Positions 1 through 16,810 of a stretch of 64,000 bases of DNA are shown piece after piece. Origin of the DNA: Eledone cirrhosa (Eukaryota); assembly GCA_964016885.1 (NCBI GenBank), contig OZ024751.1, positions 9,300,001 through 9,364,000 of the forward strand. The letters are read 5' to 3'. Within the stretch, counting starts at the first letter, position 1, and each line of letters starts with the position of its first letter. The position numbers and the translations under genes were made by a program. The notes beneath the pieces were generated by a model. It was not told the DNA's origin. It did no database searches and saw nothing but the letters and a program-made list of their open reading frames with translations.

Positions 1-3000
1 GATGTCGCTGTAGTTGTTATTGTTGTGTTATTGTTGTTGTTGGTGTTGTTGTAGTTGTTACAGTTGTGTTATTGGTGTTGTTGTTGTTGCTGTAGTTGTT
101 ATTGTTGTGTTATTGTCGTGGTAGATGTGTTATTGGTGTTGTTGATGCTGTTGTTGTTGTTGTAGTTGTTGTAGATGTTATGTTATTGATGTTGTTGATA
201 TTGTTGTAGTTGTTATTGTTGTGTTATTGATGTTGTTGATGTTGCTGTTGTTGTTATGGTTGTGTCATTGTTGTTTTTGATGTTGTTGTAGTTGTTATTG
301 TTGTGTTATTATTGTTGTTGATGTTGTTGTAGTTGTTATTGTTGTGTTATTGATGTTGTTGATGTTGTTGTAGTTGTTATTGTTGTGTTATTGATGTTGT
401 TGGTGTTGCTGTTGTTGTTATTGTTGTGTTATTGTTGTTGTTGATGTTGTTGTAGTTGTTATTGATGTTGTTGATGTTGCTGTAGTTGTTATTGTTGTGT
501 TATTGTTGTTGTTAGTGTTGTTGTAGTTGTTATTGTTGTGTTATTGATGTTGTTGATGTCGCTGTAGTTGTTATTGTTGTGTTATTGTTGTTGTTGGTGT
601 TGTTGTAGTTGTTACTGTTGTGGTATTGGTGTTGTTGATGTTGCTGTAGTTGTTATTGTTGTGTTATTGTCGTGGTAGATGTGTTATTGGTGTTGTTGAT
701 GCTGCTGTTGTTGTTGTAGTTGGAGTAGATGTTATGTTGTTGTTGTTGGTGTTATTGTTGTTGTTATTGTTGTGTTATTGATGTTGTTGATGTTGCTGTA
801 GTTGTTATTGTTGTGTTATTGATGTTGTTGATGTTGCTGTTGTTGTTATGGTTGTGTTATTGTTGTTGTTGATGTTGTTGTAGTTGTTATTGTTGTGTTA
901 TTGATGTTGTTGATGTTGTTGTAGCTGTTATTGTTGTGTTATTGTTGTTGTTGGTGTTGTTGTAGTTGTTATTGTTGTGTTATTGATGTTGTTGATGTTG
1001 CTGTAGTTGTTATTGTTGTGTTATTGTTGCTGTTGTCGTTGCTGTAGTTGTTATTGTTGTGTTATTGATGTTCTTGATGTTGCTGTAGTTGTTATTGTTG
1101 TTGTTGTTGTTGTTGTTGTTGTTATTGTTGTGTTATTGGTGTTGTTGATGTTGCTGTAGTTGTTATTGTTGTGTTATTGATGTTGTTGTTGTGGCTGTAG
1201 TTGTTATTGTAGTTTTATTGTTGTTGTTGGTGATTTTGTTTTTGTTATTGTTGTGTTATTGTTGTTGTTGGTGTTGTTATAGTCGTTAGTTTTGTGTTAT
1301 TGATGTTGTTGCTGTTGTTGTTGTTATTGTTGTGTTATTGATGTTGTTGCTGTTGCTGTAGTTGTTATTGTTGTGTTATTGATGTTGTTGTTGTTGCTGT
1401 AGTTGTTATTGTAGTTTTATTGTTGTTGTTGGTGATTTTGTTTTTGTTATTGTTGTGTTATTGTTGTTGTTGGTGTTGTTATAGTCGTTAGTTTTGTGTT
1501 ATTGATGTTGTTGCTGTTGTTGTTGTTATTGTTGTGTTATTGATGTTGTTGTTGTAGTTGTTATTGTTGTGTTATTGATTTTTATGGTGTTGTTGTTGTT
1601 ATTGTTGTTGTGTTATTGTTGTTATTGGTGTTGCTGTTGTGGTTATTGTTGTGTTATTGTTGTTGTTGATGTTGTTGTAGTTGTTATTGATGTTGTTGAT
1701 GTTGCTGTAGTTGTTATTGTTGTGTTATTGTTGTTGTTGGTGTTGTTGTAGTTGTTACTGTTGTGTTATTGGTGTTGTTGATGTTGCTGTAGTTGTTATT
1801 GTTGTGTTATTTTCGTGGTACATGTGTTATTGGTGTTGTTGATGCTGCTGTTGTTGTTGTAGTTGTTGTAGATGTTATGTTGTTGTTGTTGGTGTTATTG
1901 TTGTTGTTATTGTTGTGTTATTGATGTTGTTGATATTGTTGTAGTTGTTATTGTTGTGTTATTGATGTTGCTGTAGTTGTTATTGTAGTTTTATTGTTGT
2001 TGTTGGTGATTTTGTTTTTGTTATTGTTGTGTTATTGTTGTTGTTGGTGTTGTTATAGTCGTTATTGTTGTGTTATTGATGTTGTTGCTGTTGTTGTTGT
2101 TGTTATTGTTGTGTTATTGATGTTGTTGGTGTTGTTGTAGTTGGTATTGTTGTGTTATTGATGTTTATGGTGTTGTTGTTGTCATTATTGTTGTGTTATT
2201 GTTGTTATTGGTGTTATTGTTGTTGTTATTGTTGTGTTATTGATGTTGTTGATGTTGCTGTTGTTGATATTGTTGTGTTATTATTGTTGTTGATGTTGTT
2301 GTAGTTGTTATTGTTGTGTTATTGATGTTGTTGATGTTGTTGTATTTGTTATTGATGTTGTTGATGTTGCTGTAGTTGTTATTGTTGTTGTTGGTGTTGT
2401 TGTAGTTGTTATTGTTGTGTTATTGATGTTGTTGATGTCGCTGTAGTTGTTATTGTTGTGTTATTGTTGTTGTTGGTGTTGTTGTAGTTGTTACTGTTGT
2501 GTTATTGGTGTTGTTGTTGTTGCTGTAGTTGTTATTGTTGTGTTATTGTCGTGGTAGATGTGTTATTGGTGTTGTTGATGCTGTTGTTGTTGTTGTAGTT
2601 GTTGTAGATGTTATGTTATTGATGTTGTTGATATTGTTGTAGTTGTTATTGTTGTGTTATTGATGTTGTTGATGTTGCTGTTGTTGTTATGGTTGTGTCA
2701 TTGTTGTTTTTGATGTTGTTGTAGTTGTTATTGTTGTGTTATTATTGTTGTTGATGTTGTTGTAGTTGTTATTGTTGTGTTATTGATGTTGTTGATGTTG
2801 TTGTAGTTGTTATTGTTGTGTTATTGATGTTGTTGGTGTTGCTGTTGTTGTTATTGTTGTGTTATTGTTGTTGTTGATGTTGTTGTAGTTGTTACTGTTG
2901 TGGTATTGGTGTTGTTGATGTTGCTGTAGTTGTTATTGTTGTGTTATTGTCGTGGTAGATGTGTTATTGGTGTTGTTGATGCTGCTATTGTTGTTGTAGT

Positions 3001-4946
3001 TGTTGTAGATGTTATGTTGTTGTCGTTGGTGTTATTGTTGTTGTTATTGTTGTGTTATTGATGTTGTTGATATTGTTGTAGTTGTTATTGTTGTGTTATT
3101 GATGTTGTTGATGTTGCTGTTGTTGTTATTGTTGTGTTATTATTGTTGTTGATGTTGTTGTAGTTGTTATTGTTGTGTTATTGAATTGATGTTGTTGATG
3201 TTGTTGTAGTTGTTATTGTTGTGTTATTGATGTTGTTGATGTTGCTGTTGTTGTTATGGTTGTGTTATTGTTGTTGTTGATGTTGTGGTAGTTGTTATTG
3301 TTGTGTTATTGATGTTGTTGATGTTGTTGTAGCTGTTATTGTTGTGTTATTGTTGTTGTTGGTGTTGTTGTAGTTGTTATTGTTGTGTTATTGATGTTGT
3401 TGATGTTGCTGTAGTTGTTATTGTTGTGTTATTGTTGCTGTTGTCGTTGCTGTAGTTGTTATTGTTGTTGTTGGTGTTGTTGTTGTTGTTATTGTTGTGT
3501 TATTGGTGTTGTTGATGTTGCTGTAGTTGTTATTGTTGTGTTATTGATGTTGTTTATGCTGCTTTAGTTTTATTGTGTTATTGTTGCTGTAGTTGTTATT
3601 GTTGTGTTATTGATGTTGTTGTTGATGCTGTAGTCGTTATTGTAGTTTTATTGTTGTTGTTGGTGATTTTGTTTTTGTTATTGTTGTGTTATTGTTGTTG
3701 TTGGTGTTGTTATAGTCGTTAGTTTTGTGTTATTGATGTTGTTGCTGTTGTTGTTGTTGTTATTGTTGTGTTATTGATGTTGTTGGTGTTGTTGTAGTTG
3801 TTATTGTTGTGTTATTGATGTTTATGGTGTTGTTGTTGTTATTGTTGTTGTGTTATTGTTGTTATTGGTGTTATTGTTGTTGTTATTGTTTTGTTATTGA
3901 TGTTGTTGATGTTGCTGTTGTTGTTATTGTTGTGTTATTATTGTTGTTGATGTTGTTGTAGTTGTTATTGTTGTGTTATTGATGTTGTTGGTGTTGCTGT
4001 TGTTGTTATTGTTGTGTTATTGTTGTTGTTGATGTTGTTGTAGTTGTTATTGATGTTGTTGATGTCGCTGTAGTTGTTATTGTTGTGTTATTGTTGTTGT
4101 TGGTGTTGTTGTAGTTGTTACTGTTGTGTTATTGGTGTGTTTGATGTTGCTATAGTTGTTATTGTTGTGTTATTTTCGTGGTAGATGTGTTATTGGTGTT
4201 GTTGATGCTGCTGTTGTTGTTGTAGTTGTTGTAGATGTTATGTTGTTGTTGTTGGTGTTATTGTTGTTGTTATTGTTGTGTTATTGATGTTGTTGATATT
4301 GTTGTAGTTGTTATTGTTGTGTTATTGATGTTGTTGATGTTGCTGTTGTTGTTATCGTTGTGTTATTATTGTTGTTGATGTTGTTGTAGTTGTTATTGTT
4401 GTGTTATTGATGTTGTTGATGTTGTTGTAGTTGTTATTATTGTGTTATTTATGTTGTTGATGTTGCTGTTGTTGTTATGGTTGTGTTATTGTTGTTGTTG
4501 ATGTTGTTGTAGTTGTTATTGTTGTGTTATTGATGTTGTTGATGTTGTTGTAGCTGTTATTGTTGTGTTATTGTTGTGTTATTGTTGTTGTTGGTGTTGT
4601 TGTAGTTGTTATTGTTGTGTTATTGATGTTGTTGATGTTGCTGTAGTTGTTATTGTTGTGTTATTGTTGCTGTTGTCGTTGCTGTAGTTGTTATTGTTGT
4701 GTTATTGATGTTGTTGATGTTGCTGTAGTTGTTATTGTTGTGTTTTTGTTGTTGTTGGTGTTGTTGTAGTTGTTATTGTTGTGTTATTGGTGTTGTTGAT
4801 GTTGCTGTAGTTGTTATTGTTGTGTTATTGTCGTGGTAGATGTGTTATTGTTGTTGTTGATGCTGCTGTTGTTGTTGTAGTTGTTTTAGATGTTATGTTG
4901 TTGTTGTTGTAGTTGTAGAGGTTATGTTGTTGTACTTGTTGTTATT
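1..4946. repeat. (GTT)n-derived complex satellite with higher-order duplications; continues beyond the window start
   Basis: Continuous GTT/GAT/ATT/GTA triplet variants built on units such as GTAGTTGTTATTGTTGTGTTATTGATGTTGTT. Rare variants recur, e.g. positions 1-460 reappear near 2434-2890. Confidence 0.95.
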
Positions 4947-5445
4947 GGCGACAGTTACACATCTTTGATTCACTCTATCTCAGTGTTTGGATTTTAACCA
5001 AGATTAATCTAATAATAAGACATTTTCTTTTTTGGAATATTTGCAAACAATAGACTTCTTGAATCTGTTGGTCTTCTGCCCCATAACCTCAGGGTAGAGT
5101 AGAAGCTCTCTGCTTTGTTAGTTATTTATTGTTTTAATAAATCTTTTATTTAATAACATAAAGATAAACATTTCTAATGGAGGAGTGGGAAGAGATATTT
5201 ACTACAATGGCCTTAGAATTTATATAAACAGACACGCTAAATTATTCGTATTATTATTGTTAATATGACATTCATCGATTGTATTAACTCAAATATAATC
5301 AATATGAATTATATTAGAATTAGAAGATTTCTCCGTATTCTAACTAAAGGAAATATTGTAATATTATCACAGTTTCTAAGCCTGGTGAACGGGGAAACAT
5401 TGGGCTTCGGCACACATGAAGGGCTGAGGCCCATCATTTGCCGTT

Positions 5446-5730
5446 ATAATCATCACCAACGTCCTCATCATCATCATCATCACAATCGTGATCATCGCCA
5501 TCGTCATCATCACCATCGTCATCATGATCTTCATCGTCATCATTATCATCATCCTCATCCTCAACATCGTCATTATCATCATCACCATCGTCATCATCAT
5601 CATTCCCAACATCGCCATCATTATCATCCCTAGCATCATCATCCCCATCGCCATCAATACCATCACCATCGACATCATTATAATCACCATCATCAACATC
5701 GTCATCACTATAACCATCGCCAACATCATC
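5446..5730. repeat. Degenerate (CAT)n trinucleotide microsatellite
   Basis: CAT/CAC/CGT triplet run; accounts for the His-, Asp-, Met- and Ile-rich ORFs at 5265-5784. Confidence 0.9.
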
Positions 5731-6229
5731 AGTGGGCTTATATATCACGTTATTAGACTATTTTCTTTAGTCAAATTAAGATGAAATCTTCTAATTCTAA
5801 TTAAATTTTCAAATTCCGTTCACCGTCTCCTAAACTCAATGTAATTATAACTACAACAACTGTTACCATTGAGAAGAAATTACATCTAGAAATCTTCAGA
5901 TGTGGTCATATTTCTCTTCAGTTTACGTTAGATCCTTGATAACCATATCAATATCATACTTGCCTCACAGACGTCAACTTGGTTCAGATTTTAGGGGGAT
6001 GCGGGATTAACTTTCGCCATTCGACATGGGTCATTCATAAATTAGGATTAGAAACCAAAACGTGATTTTTACAAATGCTCTAGTGATGCTAGTATTCCAA
6101 ATAACACCACTTTCTGCACAATAGTATCACTGAATACCTCATCTTGGGTTTCCTCTATACTCTGTACGGAACAGTAATACCTGATTATTCTATCTCCATA
6201 CTTTCTGCACGTAGTTAACGTTCTTCAGG

Positions 6230-6476
6230 TAAGCACACATGGCCTGGTTGTCTAGGCGTAAGACGTACGATCATAATGTCATTCTTCAGCACCACACTTC
6301 ATTTCAAGTTGATCCAGTATACCGAAGTTAAGATGAGTACCAGCTGTAGCTGAGGGTTGAATCCTGCGATGGACTGGCATGCTCTCTAGGGCAAATCTTG
6401 TACTCTCCATCGTTTAGCCAAAGATAAATACCGGCTTAATGAGCCTCTGAGCTTGAAAAAGTCTTTAGCCTTTTTT
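6230..6476 (+). mobile_element. tRNA-derived SINE family A (CORE-like plus V-domain-like body), degenerate
   Basis: Similar to copies at 11745, 56565, 58178 and 62546: CACTTCATTTCAAGTTGATCCAGTATAC, ATGAGTACCAGC, CCTGCGATGGACTGGC. Confidence 0.75.
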
Positions 6477-9399
6477 TCGTCTGATACCAAGTGAAAAGTT
6501 ACACGCTTCCCAAATGATCAACGACTAAGTAGTTGCTGCGTTATTTTGCTATTAACTAACAATACATAACTTATGTGTATCAATATTAAAATTAGAAGTT
6601 GTGTACTCCAGAAAGTTTGATTCGGTTGATTATTGGGTGATCATTGAAATGTTAAGTTTTTTGTCTTGCCTTCTTCAAAAGATCATTAACGGAATATATA
6701 AAATAGTTTATCTATAATTATAATGATGAAGATTTTGCGAAGTGTACTGTGCTATTTAGTTCACCTAGTCGTAGAGTTTCTCTTTGATCGATTAATCTAT
6801 TATAAATATCAGAAAAATATCCCTCAAGTAGCACAAATTCTACAATCTTAGAAAAACGCCATCGATCATTGATCTACTCAATCGAAGCTTAGATATGATA
6901 TAAAACAACAACAATAACAATATTGTTGATCTACTACTATAATAAGATAGACTTCTCTGTAGTCAAAAGAAATCGATTATATCTTGTAAAATTAAATCAA
7001 TAAAGAAATTTGTGACAGTATATCTACTTTGTGGTCAAATATTCGATGAGAAATATCGGTTATTTCACTAAAGAGCAAATTAATTGATTAATCTTGGATA
7101 TGCAGGCTTACCCTGTCTTACTTAAAGATCTAAGCTAAACAGAAAACATTCTTCATACATAAGCTGTTTAATGTTTGTCACGTATCTATTATATAGCTTA
7201 AAATATCCAAACAACAGAATAATCTAATATATTTACGATAAGATGGGAGATCATTTGAATTTTTTTCTCCCCGACGAAGCATTCTTTTATGCGATCGTTC
7301 CACCCACAAAAACAACAACGTTTCTACCTTCAAACGTTTCAACTCTTCCCATCCAACGGTGAGATCACCACCCACTTTGGGGTGAGTGAGAGATATCTTC
7401 TATCGAGAAAATGGGTATAGTTTTCATTATGTAAAGTTTCCCCATTTCGCCTTATTTCTCGCTGTTTTGGGGCACTGGTTTTCATGGTATCCCCGTTTGG
7501 ATTTTTATAGGTTAGAAGGTATGCTACCTTAATAAATATCGGAGAGATACACTGAACAATGTAATGCTTCATGCACGAAATTAGATTAGACTATATATGT
7601 TTGTATACGGTCAGAATTCCTTTAAAAATAGATCAATAGATCTCTTGGATCATTGGTGACCTTTGACTAATCAACAGCAAGGACAATAACATCAATTTAC
7701 TTTTATTAGTTTTAGTGAAGGCATGAAGGCATCTGTTAGATTTGAACTCTCAAGGAACTGTTTCCCGAAGTGATGATATCTTTAGTATATGAAAAGGAAG
7801 ATGTAGGATAAAAGAAGGCTGTTTTGTCAAATAGCTACATACAAAATGCTGAGTAAATTGATTTCTCGTGACGAAAATGTCAGCCATTTATATATGTTAT
7901 TTAAAAACTATATATGTTTCAATTTATAGAATCATATCAGACATAGAAGCTCTGTCATGGATAAGAGAATTTCCAGCTGGACGCATTTCGGTAATAACAA
8001 TACATTATATTCAATAGTTGGACCGGTTATTAAATGTGCGTCACAAACGTTTATGTCTTGGAATTAGTAATAATGTATTCGAGTTAAAATATAACAGAGA
8101 ATAAACCTGTCTCATAAATTATTGTACGTCCGTTTTAATCCAAACCAACATTCATCTACGCGAATTTAAAAGATTATGATTATTGTATCGATCACATCTT
8201 GATGTATTTGAAGTATAGATCTCTCGCTATTGTTATTGGAACGTAATAATAACTAGAAATTAACATTGCACTAAATTATATGCTGAACAAAGACTGCCAA
8301 TATTCTTGTGAAAATCGATCGATATGTGAAAATAAGAAATATTTGGATTCAATTCCAATACTTATATTTTTTATTTTGTTATTGTTTATATTTCAATCAT
8401 TCTTTATGATAATATTTACAGACGGAAACTGAATGGTCTATATGCATGTATTTATTTTAGCTTTACAAAGGATGACATTTTTGAAAATATGGATAAATAT
8501 AGTGGTTAGATGAATAGGTAGCTTTATTTAGATGATTAATCTATTGGAAATTAATTCGAAGCATCATTCATCCTTCTATTTTCAACAAGATTACTCTGCT
8601 TCAACGGAAGTGTTTTCTGCTAGATTAAGAAGAATCACAAGAGGATGTTTAAGAATATAACTCCAAATTATATGAGAGTTATCTGCCGTGCTCTCGCTTC
8701 CGAAAACATATTTACATATAATGCCGTTTTAATTAAGTTCAACCAGCCATTGATCATGTGTGGAAACAATTTTATTGAAAGATAATGATTTTAGATATAA
8801 CAGCGGCCAAATTTGTGGAAAGATTGAACACACAGCAAAATAAATCCTACCAAGACTCTATAATCTCAAATCTATTTCTATTTTAGTTAGAGAAATACAA
8901 AAAAATATTGCCTGAAGCTAAGTTCAAAACAGAGAAGGATATTCTTGTACAGAAGAATTAGATTTCTGACTTACCAGATTTGGTAGCTAAGTCAAAATTG
9001 ATAACGATGAAATTGGTTTGAGCCATGTGAGCAGAAAGAAAATTAGCAAAACAGATTAGATTTTATAATCGGCCAATGACTGATGCAGTATACAAAGGTA
9101 AACTTCACGCTAGATCGAAATTGAAAATTATAGAGTTACTGAAATGTTGTACACGTGGGGGTTGAAATCACTGGCGAACATTGTAAGGGTAAAAGAGTAA
9201 AGAAAATAATAATGTAATTATATCTATTATATATGAAATAATGAAAAGTGACAAACATTTTCTCATGCCTTGAAGTTTGAATGCAGGTTTTCGAAATCTT
9301 CCCTGACAGCATATCAGTAGCTGTTTTTCTATTTGAATAAATATTCATGCAAATATAAACATATGAATACATGAATACGTGTATCTATGTACGAATGCA

Positions 9400-9775
<376 letters not shown>

Positions 9776-10404
9776 GGTTGTGAGAGTCATACTAGCAGCA
9801 ATCAAAAGAAAATATTTATTTTCTATTGGAAATATGTACAGGTAAATGTTATGTGTGTTTCTGTGTATAATACTGCTGCCGTCACATATATGTTGTTGTA
9901 ATGTATGATGGTTTTCGAGAAAGAAAAAAAAAAAAAGCAAATTCAGAATATTCAGAGAATTTTTGAATTTTTAATACCTTAAGGAGGTCATATAGACTAA
10001 AATCAATATTCCTTTGTTTTAAATATTTTGCTTGAAGGGATAAAATCTTCCCTTAATATTTGCGCCATGCATACTTTAATCTATTGTTTTCACGATGTAT
10101 TTAGTTATTATTAGTAATGTTTCCGCTACAATTACGATCATTAGTATGTGTAGTATCATCATTATTATTACATTGAGATCATAAAAGTTATCATCATAAC
10201 CAACGTTACTATATTAATATATATAATAGGAATAATAAGGAAAAAAGGAAACTAATAATACCTATAAATATTATGGTTACTTCTACTACTACCACTAGTA
10301 CTACGACTGTTGCTACTATTACTATTACTGTTACTGCTACTGCCATGGTATATTTGTTTATAAAACAAATACAAAACCATTCTTGGTAACTGTTACGTAC
10401 GTGC

Positions 10405-10743
<339 letters not shown>

Positions 10744-11277
10744 ATGTGTATTCGATTGGGGTTAGCTTTAAGTATGTACGTTTGTATGCATGTTTGGGTG
10801 TATAATTTCTAAATACTGCATATTTATAAGCACAGAACAACATTATTTCCGTGATCTTTTCTATTCTTACATATTTAGTTATTCTGATTCTAATTATTGC
10901 TTCGATGATTATTGTTTTGGAAACTTTTAAAATCCTGGAAAGTTTTAACATTGCAAGACATACCGCATACTTTCCAACATTTTACAGCAAACAATTATTC
11001 ATAAAATAAATGAAAAGAAAAATGAGCAATTTATATTTGATTTTAGTGAAATTTTCATGTATACATATGTTTATGATTTATTGTGTTGATTATTTTTAGT
11101 TTTAGAAGCTAAATAAATGTTTGTTATATTCTATCAATAGCGTGTTACTATTTTTCATTATGTTGCAGTCATATGCTTTCTTCTGGTATACAAATCGTGT
11201 TTCCTTGTTTGAAATATAGACTCTATTAAAAAATGCTTATATTCTGTTTACTACTCCCATAATATTCTGTTGAACAT

Positions 11278-11330
<53 letters not shown>

Positions 11331-11744
11331 ATGTATATATGTGTGCGTGTGTGTGTAAGTATAACTATGTATATATGTATATATGTCATATATAAATATA
11401 TATATATATGAGTATGTGTGTGTGCGTATACATATATATATATATATGTGTGTGTGTGTGGGTGGGTGTGGGTGTGTGTGTGAATTCAGGTGTAATCAGT
11501 ACTATAGAGAATGAGATTTTATCGAAGTTATCTGAATTCTACATCAGACTTTTTATATTCAGCACCAAATATTTTCACCTGCGAAATAAGGAGAAAAGTT
11601 TATTCACATAGTTATTTCAGTAAAAGAATATATTCCTTGTATGCACGACGTTTCATATATATATATATATTACATGATCCAAGATGTTCGAAGCTTTGCA
11701 TTGGTTGAATGTAGACAAAAAACTCAACAATAAAGCAAGCTACT

Positions 11745-12031
11745 AAAAAGTCTACAGTCTGTCTTAAGCCAGAAGGCTCATTTGGCTGGTGCTTATCCCT
11801 GGTTTCATGGCGTGAAGTGACTGAGAGTACAAGACTCCCCCCTGGACAGGACGCCAGTCCATTGCAGGGTTGAACCTCCAGCTATTGCTGGTATTCATTT
11901 TTAGCTGAGTATAATGGAGCAACGTGAAATGAAGTTTTTTTGCTCCAAAACACAACACGCAGCCCTGGAATCGAACCCACGACATTATGATAGTCAGTCC
12001 AACACTCTTACCACTAGGCCACGTGCCTCCA
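11745..12031 (-). mobile_element. tRNA-derived SINE family A, full length
   Basis: Minus strand: A box TGGCCTAGTGG, B box GGTTCGATTCC, CORE-like body, V-domain-like CCCTGCAATGGACTGGCGTCCTGTCCAGGG, 3' tail AGACTGTAGACTTTTT. Confidence 0.9.
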
Positions 12032-12282
12032 CAAGCAAGCTACAATATACATATATGTATGTAACTCTGTGTGTCTATATATATGTATGTATTTATGTGT
12101 GTATGTGTGTATGTATTTATGCCATTAATCGCCTTCATTTTAGTTTTCAATCTTCCAACAACCGTGAAAGTTACAGGAGTTTGTATAATTGTACATCAGT
12201 ATTTTTTGTTTTTAATCGTGACCGTCTTCCCAACACACAGAGGCGCGCACACTCCACATACACACACACACACACACTATAC

Positions 12283-13143
12283 ATATATGAATAAATTTAG
12301 TCCTTCATCAGTGATTTTCCAACCTTCATTGGTATTTCTTCGCTTTAAACCTCTGGTTGGTGCGAGCAATAACCTAAGAAAATTATTGGGACACGTAAAA
12401 TATGGTGAAGCGAACGAGACATGTAAACAAACGGAGATGGTAATGCAACGGAAAGAGAAGAAAATAAAAAGCAAGTCGGTGAAATCATAGACGAGAAGTA
12501 AAGACCATCCGACCTGGGCGAGATGTGAGCGAGAAAAAGATTTCACACAGGTCAAACGGGAGGAAGTGAGAGAGGGGGAGAAGCAGAGAGTGAGTGAGTG
12601 AAAGGGCTAGGAAGAGGCCAGCTGAGAGAGAGTGACTGGCTATACATCTGGTTGGTGCGAGTAATAACTAAAACAAGTTAATGGGACACGTAAATTAGCG
12701 TGAAGCGAGCGAGACATGTAAAAATGGTAGTGCAGCGGAAAGATAGGAAGTGGAGAAACAAGTCCGTTATATCTATGAACTTAAGTTCGGTGAAATCATA
12801 GACGAGAGGTAAAGACCATCCGACCTGGGTGAGATGTGAGAGAGAAAAGAATTTCACACAGGTCAAACGGGAGGAAGTGAGAGAGCGGGGAGATGCATAG
12901 GGTGAGTGAGTAAAAGTGTGAGGAAGAGGCCAGCCGAGCGAGAGCGGCCGGCAGAGGGGGTAAAAAGAAGGTGAGAGATGCAGAGAAAGGGGAAGCAGTA
13001 AGAAAGAAACAGACAGGTCGCAGCGGAGGAAAAAATATAAATATATGAAAATGGCGTGCTGCGTGGTTGCACATGGTTTACATATGAATAAAATTAGTCC
13101 TTCATCAGTGATCTTCCAACCTTCATTGGTATTTCTTCGCTTA
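12283..13143 (-). mobile_element. Non-coding Penelope-like (pLTR-type) repeat with internal tandem duplication and truncated hammerhead boxes
   Basis: Terminal direct repeat of about 60 bp (12283-12344 and 13081-13142) containing CTGATGAAGGA on the minus strand. An internal segment of about 300 bp is duplicated. A homologous copy lies at 26690-27175 (+). Flanked by microsatellites. Confidence 0.6.
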
Positions 13144-13248
13144 TATATATATGTATATGTAAAAAGTAAACAGAAATAACAACACAATCGGTACAGTATA
13201 TGGAAGGGATATATTAGGTTAACCCTTGATATAGCAGAAAGAGGGTAT

Positions 13249-13277
13249 TAACGTTTCGGACACTAGTCCTTCATCAA
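13249..13277 (-). ncRNA. Minimal hammerhead-like motif (C3U variant)
   Basis: Minus strand TTGATGA-A-GGAC-TAGT-GTCC-GAAA-CG-TTA; palindromic ACGT in place of stem III; stem I not evident. Confidence 0.5.
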
Positions 13278-13337
13278 AAGAAAGAATGAGAAATAGAAAT
13301 AAAATAGATTGAGGGAACGGGTGGGTTGGAATTGGAA

Positions 13338-13379
<42 letters not shown>

Positions 13380-13380
<1 letters not shown>

Positions 13381-13424
13381 TATGTATACGTACATACATA
13401 AATATATATACAGACGTACAGTAG

Positions 13425-13464
<40 letters not shown>

Positions 13465-14055
13465 CATGCACATATACATATATGTGTGCATGTATGTATA
13501 TATATATACATACTACTGTACATCTGTATACATATATGTATTTACGTATACATACTTATATTTAAGTAACAGCCGTACTAAGAGTGAGAAATGAAATTTT
13601 GTTTCATTTTTTCCGTTTATCGTTTTCGGTGCGCCGCGCCGATTAACTCATTCGATATGCAAATTAGGCTGCTCAGCGGTTAATATGCATAAGGAAAGTA
13701 TATACTTTTAGACGTTCAATCATCTGGCAGAAAGGTATACGTTGCTGACGATAGCTAATAAGCTTGAAACTAGTACAGCGTTCCTTTGTCAGTGTTGAAC
13801 AAATGAGCAACGATGGTTGCTAGACACTGTACGGTTTAATTCGGGATATTTGTTTACAAACACACCGAGCATTATAACAAATGTTCGGTGAATCCATATG
13901 TACATATATATATATATGTGTGCATGTATGTATATATATATATATACATACTACTGTACGTCTGTATACATATATGTATGTACGTATACATACTTATATT
14001 TAAGTAACAGCCGTACTAAGAGTGAGAAATGACATTTCGTTTCATTTTTTCCGTC
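13380..14055 (+). mobile_element. Penelope-like pLTR remnant carrying a hammerhead ribozyme
   Basis: Direct repeats at 13480-13618 and 13915-14054, hammerhead at 13739, homologous inverted copy at 32126-32460; embedded in (TA)n. Confidence 0.65.
13739..13781 (+). ncRNA. Minimal type I hammerhead ribozyme
   Basis: ACGTTG-CTGACGA-tAGCTaataAGCTt-GAAA-CTAG-TA-CAGCGT: 6-bp stem I, intact core, palindromic CTAG loop 3, predicted cleavage after A13775. Confidence 0.8.
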
Positions 14056-14059
14056 TATA

Positions 14060-15212
<1,153 letters not shown>

Positions 15213-15335
15213 ATATATATATTTAATACACTAACAGAGAAAGCTTTAAGCAATACTCTGACCGACATATATATATATATATATATATTATGAAATACTG
15301 TTGGCTTCTTGCTCACAATAATTTCTATTGTTTTC

Positions 15336-15374
<39 letters not shown>

Positions 15375-15959
15375 TAGTTTTCCAAAACGTGACATTTCAT
15401 ACGCAAACAGAATTCTCAGTGTAAATAACATACACATATACAATGATATATACAAATGTTTCCAGACTAGTAAGCGTAAGTATCATCACATACATATACA
15501 GTAACTCTGATGATATTCTACAACGAGTCATACAGAGTGGTATCGTTCTTGTTAGGTTATATAATCCCAGAATAAAATACTTATACATTAACAAAGGCAC
15601 GCACAGTCAATCATATATTTTACCATACAAGAGGACAATGACATAAGCTGACATTTCATAGACAATCATAAACATAAACCTGTATAGAAACACACTTAAA
15701 ATAACTGTATTTGATGTATAAATAGTGTGATCAAAATTAAGCATGAACAGCTACAAAGTAGTAAATAGTGGTAAAATATTTCAATAACGTAAGACACGTT
15801 TGTAAACATCGACCTAATCTATTAAGATAATCGTTAGTTAAATAAGTAATTTTATTTCTTTGCTTCTATTCTGTGTTTATTCTAGCTATTAATGTGATGA
15901 AGGTATTGTATATAAGTAAAGTTCTGTATGCATGGTTAAGCTTTTAATATTCAAATTAT

Positions 15960-16810
<851 letters not shown>

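Noticed and set aside
5265-5784. His-rich, Asp-rich and Met-rich ORFs; short collagen-like PGERGNIGLR at about 5380
   Set aside because: Explained by the (CAT)n repeat; the collagen-like stretch has only three Gly-X-Y triplets and is followed by a stop.
15385-15530. CTGAGAA...GAAATGTC (minus) and CTGATGA (plus) boxes
   Set aside because: Helices could not be built convincingly.
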